64,000 bases of DNA from NCBI GenBank assembly GCA_051003195.1, contig JBPCLP010000025.1, forward strand, positions 32,001 through 96,000, given 5' to 3'. The notes beneath the pieces were generated by a model that worked only from the letters and a program-made list of their open reading frames with translations, had not been told where the DNA came from and did no database searches. The position numbers and the translations under genes were made by a program. The DNA is from Candidatus Sumerlaeaceae bacterium (GTDB lineage Bacteria; Sumerlaeota; Sumerlaeia; Sumerlaeales; Sumerlaeaceae). This document shows, piece by piece, positions 59,897 through 64,000 of this stretch. Position 1 is the stretch's first letter, and the number at the start of each line of letters is the position of its first letter.

Positions 59897-60060
59897 CGCT
59901 GCCAAACTCCTCGGTATTCTGGCAATACTGACACAAGATAACGCGCCGTTAGTCTTTGGTTCAATTTTAATCGCCAGTCCAGACCCTGCAACGCGCCGCT
60001 TCATTAAATTAAGACTTGGAATGACCAGCCAGATGTGCAGTATTTTGCACATTAAGTGAA

Positions 60061-60219
60061 GAACTGACGGTCTATAGGGCCAAGAGCCCGCGGAAGGGGG
60101 TGCAAATCCCCCACGGACACGCCGCTGTAATCGGGGACGAACTCTGTAGAACCACTGCCGAAAGGCGGGAAGGACAGAGCGAGGACGAACCGAAAGTCAG
60201 AAGACGGGGTCGCCAGTTC
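60061..60219 (+). ncRNA. Cobalamin riboswitch
   Basis: GGAA...GGTGCAAATCC, GCCGCTGTAA, CCACTG...GGGAAGG and AGTCAGAAGAC elements; closing stem GAACTG/CAGTTC; GCCTCC/GGAGGC hairpin near the RBS. Confidence 0.92.
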
Positions 60220-60263
60220 CTCCAAATTGCCTCCCGTGCTCAGGAGGCGAAGGAGAGAATGGT

Positions 60264-61070
60264 ATGTCATCAGTCCTGTCACGCGCCAGTGGCTCGGCCC
60301 GGCATTGGGCTGCGCTTGTACTGTTGATGATTGCGGCGTATCCCGCTCAATCGCAATCGTTTCCCGATCGTGTGGCGGCATTTATGCCGGGAGTGAACAG
60401 CGGCTTCGGGCAAGCTTACTACCCCACAAACGTTCTGGGCGCGCCGCACGGAAATACAAATCCCCAGACGCCGAACTTCTCACAGCAGGATCTCTTAAGT
60501 CTCGGCACCGGAGGTGAAATCGTCCTGGAGTTTACAAGTACGGAAATCGTCAACGGTCCGGGAGACGACTTCACCGTGTTCGAAAACCCGGTCCAGCCGA
60601 TCAGCAATCCTGACCAGAGCTTTGTCGATTCGGCAACAGTTTCAGTGAGTGACGACGGAACGTCATGGGTCACTTTCCCATTTCATATTGTTTCCATCAG
60701 TGCCGACAGGCTCTATTATAAGAGCAACTACGTTGGTCTTGCAGGCGTACAGCCGACATTCAGCTCTCCCACCAATGGGATTTCCCCGTTCGATCGCGCA
60801 GTAAGCGGCGGCGACGGCTATGACCTGACGAGCGTCGGTCTTACCCGCGCGCGTTTCATTAGAATCAAAGACACAGGAACCACGACCGTCTCCCCTACTA
60901 TCGATTTGCTGGGACACATTGTAAACGACTACGGAAATCAGCTGGACCCGGATCCCCTTTCGCCAGGGGTTGGAATTGCCGCGGGATTCGATCTTGATGG
61001 GATCGCCGCCATCCACACCACACCACGCACAACCGCCGTTCGGCGCGAAGACTGGGTTCTTTACGAATGA
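60264..61070 (+). CDS. Secreted/cell-surface protein, candidate B12-binding
   Basis: Signal peptide; LSLGTGGEIVLEF...VNGPGDDFTVFEN...VSVSDDG...GGDGYDL...GFDLDG; first gene after the B12 riboswitch. Confidence 0.65.
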   Translation: MSSVLSRASGSARHWAALVLLMIAAYPAQSQSFPDRVAAFMPGVNSGFGQAYYPTNVLGAPHGNTNPQTPNFSQQDLLSLGTGGEIVLEFTSTEIVNGPGDDFTVFENPVQPISNPDQSFVDSATVSVSDDGTSWVTFPFHIVSISADRLYYKSNYVGLAGVQPTFSSPTNGISPFDRAVSGGDGYDLTSVGLTRARFIRIKDTGTTTVSPTIDLLGHIVNDYGNQLDPDPLSPGVGIAAGFDLDGIAAIHTTPRTTAVRREDWVLYE

Positions 61071-61711
61071 TGCAGCGACGGGTGACCGCGTTTACGCTGA
61101 TCGAACTGCTGGTCGTGGTTGCGATCATTGCCATTCTCGCGCTGATTGCCGTCCCAAACTTTCTGCAGGCCAAACACCGTGCAATTCAAACCAGGTGTGC
61201 GGCGAACCTGAAAACATTGGCACAGGCGCTTTATACCTACCGTGTTGACCTGGATAAGTACCCGCTGGCGGACGGCATTGCAGGTATTGAGGAAAGCATG
61301 GCGCAGACCTCCGCCGGAAACGGGCCGGCCGCGAACGGAAGCTGGGACGCCGTGCCGCGCGTGCTTGTTCGGTTGCGATATCTTGCGACAGATGATTACC
61401 TGTTCTGCCCATGTTTTAAGGAGCAGTTTCGCAGTGAGCGCCTGCAACGCTTCCGCTATGCCTACAACAACTCAGCCGCAGACACCGGAGGAACCGGAGG
61501 CAGCACCAACGACGTCGATCGTGACTCGCACGATATCTGGTTGGCGCGATGCCTTTGGGTTCCCACGGCCCGCAGCTTCCATCCGGAAGCACGCGAAGTG
61601 CAGTGGCCCCACGGAAAAAATCACGATCGCGAAAACGTGCTGTATTCTAACAGCCGCGTTGAGCTCGCGAACGGCCAGGCTGACTTCGAGCGGGCAAATC
61701 CGGCGCCATAG
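61067..61711 (+). CDS. Prepilin-type protein with H-X9-DG-like C-terminus
   Basis: TAFTLIELLVVVAIIAILALIAVPNF; WPHGKNHDRENVLYSNSRV; ATGA overlap with the upstream gene. Confidence 0.82.
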   Translation: MMQRRVTAFTLIELLVVVAIIAILALIAVPNFLQAKHRAIQTRCAANLKTLAQALYTYRVDLDKYPLADGIAGIEESMAQTSAGNGPAANGSWDAVPRVLVRLRYLATDDYLFCPCFKEQFRSERLQRFRYAYNNSAADTGGTGGSTNDVDRDSHDIWLARCLWVPTARSFHPEAREVQWPHGKNHDRENVLYSNSRVELANGQADFERANPAP

Positions 61712-61732
61712 GCCAGTATTTCACTCGGGGCA

Positions 61733-63805
61733 GTGAGCACAAATGAATCCGCGGGTACCCGGAAATATGTCTGGATTCGAAGCGGCTATTCACGGTGCAA
61801 TTATCGCAAGATGAGTGCTGCAACGCCAGATCTGCCAATTCGTATGCGGGCACGATCATTTAACTTACTGCGGTCAGATCTGCCGCTGACGGTCCTTTGC
61901 GTACTCACGATCTTACTGCCGCTCTATCGAACCAGTACGCTGGAAGATTCATTTATTACACCCAAAGTCTTCCTGTTGCAGTTTTGCATCTTTCTCGCGC
62001 TGGCAGGATGCATCGCATTTCGTCTAAGACCGCGCAATTCTCATCCGGGCAATTATGAATCGGATGATCCACAGGCGGCCCCGGGTCTTCGCATGGCTTT
62101 ATGGGTCCCCTACACGTTTTCAGCCCTTGTGGCGGTACATGCGCTCTCGATCCTGTGGGCTCGCTCCCCCGCCCTCGCAATAAATGCGACCATGTACTGG
62201 TGCAGCTTTCTTCTGCTATACTTGACCTTCGTGCTCGCGTTGCGCAGTCGCATTGCCGTGAGCCTGTTGTTTGCCTGCGGAGCAATCGCCGCTGTGTTGA
62301 CAGCGGGCTGGGTAGTGTTTGAAGACGCCACACACGGGCGTGGATTCGGGGACATTGTCGCCCGTCTGCCGGACTGGCGCGGCCATTTATCGGCGGGCCT
62401 CGGAAACAGTGGACACATTGCGGGCTACATGGGGTTGTTTTTGCCATGGCTGTTGTGGAGATTTCTGGCCAGCCCAAGCCGAACCCACCGGATACTTCTT
62501 CTTTGCGCCCTTGTTATTCTGGCGATGGCGTTCATCGTGACATGGTCCGTCGGTTCGAGCGCAGCAACTTTAGTGAGCCTCGCCATTTGGACTCTTGTTG
62601 CATGGCGTGCCAGAGCGCTAGACTCTATCTCGTTAAGGCGATGTCTGTGGCTCATCGTACCAGTCGCTGCCGCCTGTGCATTCTATCTGCTGCCCCATCC
62701 GCTCAATCCGCATTCACCGTCGCTTATGAAAGAAGCGTTCGGCAGCCAGCGCTGGGCAGAGGGCTGGCCGACACGCGTAGTAATATGGAAGACGACCATC
62801 CACATGATCGAGCACTCTTTTCCGCTCGGCATCGGCGCTGGAAGCTTCACGCTGGAATACGTCCGCCAGGTAGTCCCGTCGGTTGTCTCAGAACCCGCAT
62901 TGCGGGTCTACGCGGGGGCTTTTACGAATGACGCACACAACGAATACCTTCAGATCGCCTGCGAGACAGGCATTGCGGGTCTGCTGTTCTTCTCCACGTT
63001 AATTATTTCATTTTTCGCAGCCGCTGCGCATCGTATCCGGACCACAACGAGCACCGAGAGTAAATGGTTGCTGATTTGCGCTGGATCAGGCGTAACCGTT
63101 TTCCTGCTCGATTCGATCATGACGTTCCCGATTCGCTTGCCCGCACACTTTGCCGCCTTCACATTCTTTCTCGCTGTACCTGCAGTACTTGCGGAGCCCG
63201 CTGGAGCCGATCTTAAGAATCACCGCGCCAGGGCCATTCGCTTTCGGTTCGGCGCCCCGCTTCTTGTGTTGCTGGTGCTTGCTTGCCTTGGGTGGCAATT
63301 TCGGCGGGTTGCTGCAGAATATCACCTGAAACTCGGCCGTACGACCGTAGAGAATTCACCATTCGTAGTCCAGGGACGCGTGATTCCTTTATGGTCGCTG
63401 GGGGATTCACTCATGCGCGAAGCTTTGATGCACCTGGCAGAAGGCAACAGGGAACAGATGGCTGCGAACCTTCGACAGGCGCAGCACGCTATGCAAGGCG
63501 ATGCTGTAACGGTCGCGGAGCAACAGTTCCGTAAATCGCTTTCGTCTGATCCGCATTACTCCAATGCATCGAGTCGGCTTGGGGCGCTTCTGCTGATGAA
63601 AGGCCAGTATGTTAAGTCGGCGGACATCACCAAAACAACGCTCAAAGATCTGGAGAGTTCAGAAATCCACGAGCGACTTGGTTTTGCAGAGTTTCTGCAG
63701 CAGAACTGGCCGGCTGCGCGGCAGGCGTGGACGACCTGCAAATTACGCCGGCCAGTCCAGGCGCCTTTCTACGACGCACTGATCCGCCAGATTCCCCCCG
63801 AATGA
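61733..63805 (+). CDS. O-antigen ligase family membrane protein with C-terminal TPR
   Basis: LGNSGH, RVVIW, PLGIGAGSF and AHNEYLQIACETGIAG; start uncertain. Confidence 0.85.
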   Translation: MSTNESAGTRKYVWIRSGYSRCNYRKMSAATPDLPIRMRARSFNLLRSDLPLTVLCVLTILLPLYRTSTLEDSFITPKVFLLQFCIFLALAGCIAFRLRPRNSHPGNYESDDPQAAPGLRMALWVPYTFSALVAVHALSILWARSPALAINATMYWCSFLLLYLTFVLALRSRIAVSLLFACGAIAAVLTAGWVVFEDATHGRGFGDIVARLPDWRGHLSAGLGNSGHIAGYMGLFLPWLLWRFLASPSRTHRILLLCALVILAMAFIVTWSVGSSAATLVSLAIWTLVAWRARALDSISLRRCLWLIVPVAAACAFYLLPHPLNPHSPSLMKEAFGSQRWAEGWPTRVVIWKTTIHMIEHSFPLGIGAGSFTLEYVRQVVPSVVSEPALRVYAGAFTNDAHNEYLQIACETGIAGLLFFSTLIISFFAAAAHRIRTTTSTESKWLLICAGSGVTVFLLDSIMTFPIRLPAHFAAFTFFLAVPAVLAEPAGADLKNHRARAIRFRFGAPLLVLLVLACLGWQFRRVAAEYHLKLGRTTVENSPFVVQGRVIPLWSLGDSLMREALMHLAEGNREQMAANLRQAQHAMQGDAVTVAEQQFRKSLSSDPHYSNASSRLGALLLMKGQYVKSADITKTTLKDLESSEIHERLGFAEFLQQNWPAARQAWTTCKLRRPVQAPFYDALIRQIPPE

Positions 63806-64000
63806 AAATTACGATGGGTCGCTTCGACTGGCGTTCCGAGCGCTTTCTGCTGTTCCTGATTCTGCTGCTTGCCGCAATTCTGAGACTAGTGCGTCTGGAT
63901 GCACTGCCGCCTGCGATGTTCCGCGACGAAGCCGAAAAGGCATACAACGCTTATAGCATCCTAAAGACTGGTCGCGACATCGATGGTCGGCTGCTGCCGA
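63802..64000 (+). CDS. GT-C (ArnT/GT39-like) glycosyltransferase, truncated by the window end
   Basis: Hand translation MKITMGRFDWRSERFLLFLILLLAAILRLVRLDALPPAMFRDEAEKAYNAYSILKTGRD. Confidence 0.75.
   Translation, partial: MKITMGRFDWRSERFLLFLILLLAAILRLVRLDALPPAMFRDEAEKAYNAYSILKTGRDIDGRLLP

Overview
Bacterial chromosomal window, moderately GC-rich, with about 45 protein-coding genes. It probably comes from Candidatus Sumerlaeota (BRC1) or a similar lineage. That is an inference from four scattered 'FTLIELLxVVAIIAILAxIAVxNFLxA' prepilin-type genes, three of which end in a YDxTNGTxSxG motif. Housekeeping genes include glgC, rpsG, serA, rbfA, a metB-like gene, polA, nadD, rluB, clpX, ispH, metK and an lpxL-like gene. 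rpsG, rbfA and clpX sit outside their usual operons. No rRNA, tRNA, CRISPR array, integrase, transposase or reverse transcriptase was recognised. Main observations: (1) Two unrelated antitoxin+PIN-toxin mini-cassettes (789 and 877 bp repeat-to-repeat) are each bracketed by a direct duplication of the 3' end of the upstream gene (rpsG; Kdo hydroxylase), with no recombinase in the window. (2) A 2,952-aa protein fuses a DnaG-primase-like CHC2 zinc finger to a very long TPR-like array, next to a SPOR-SPOR/TM/acidic-tail membrane protein. (3) A cobalamin riboswitch precedes a secreted protein and a pilin-like gene. (4) Secreted proteins share short C-terminal motifs. (5) There are many intergenic inverted-repeat, REP-like and heptamer elements, one of which carries a four-helix-bundle gene. 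Product calls come from motif recognition by eye; no searches were run.
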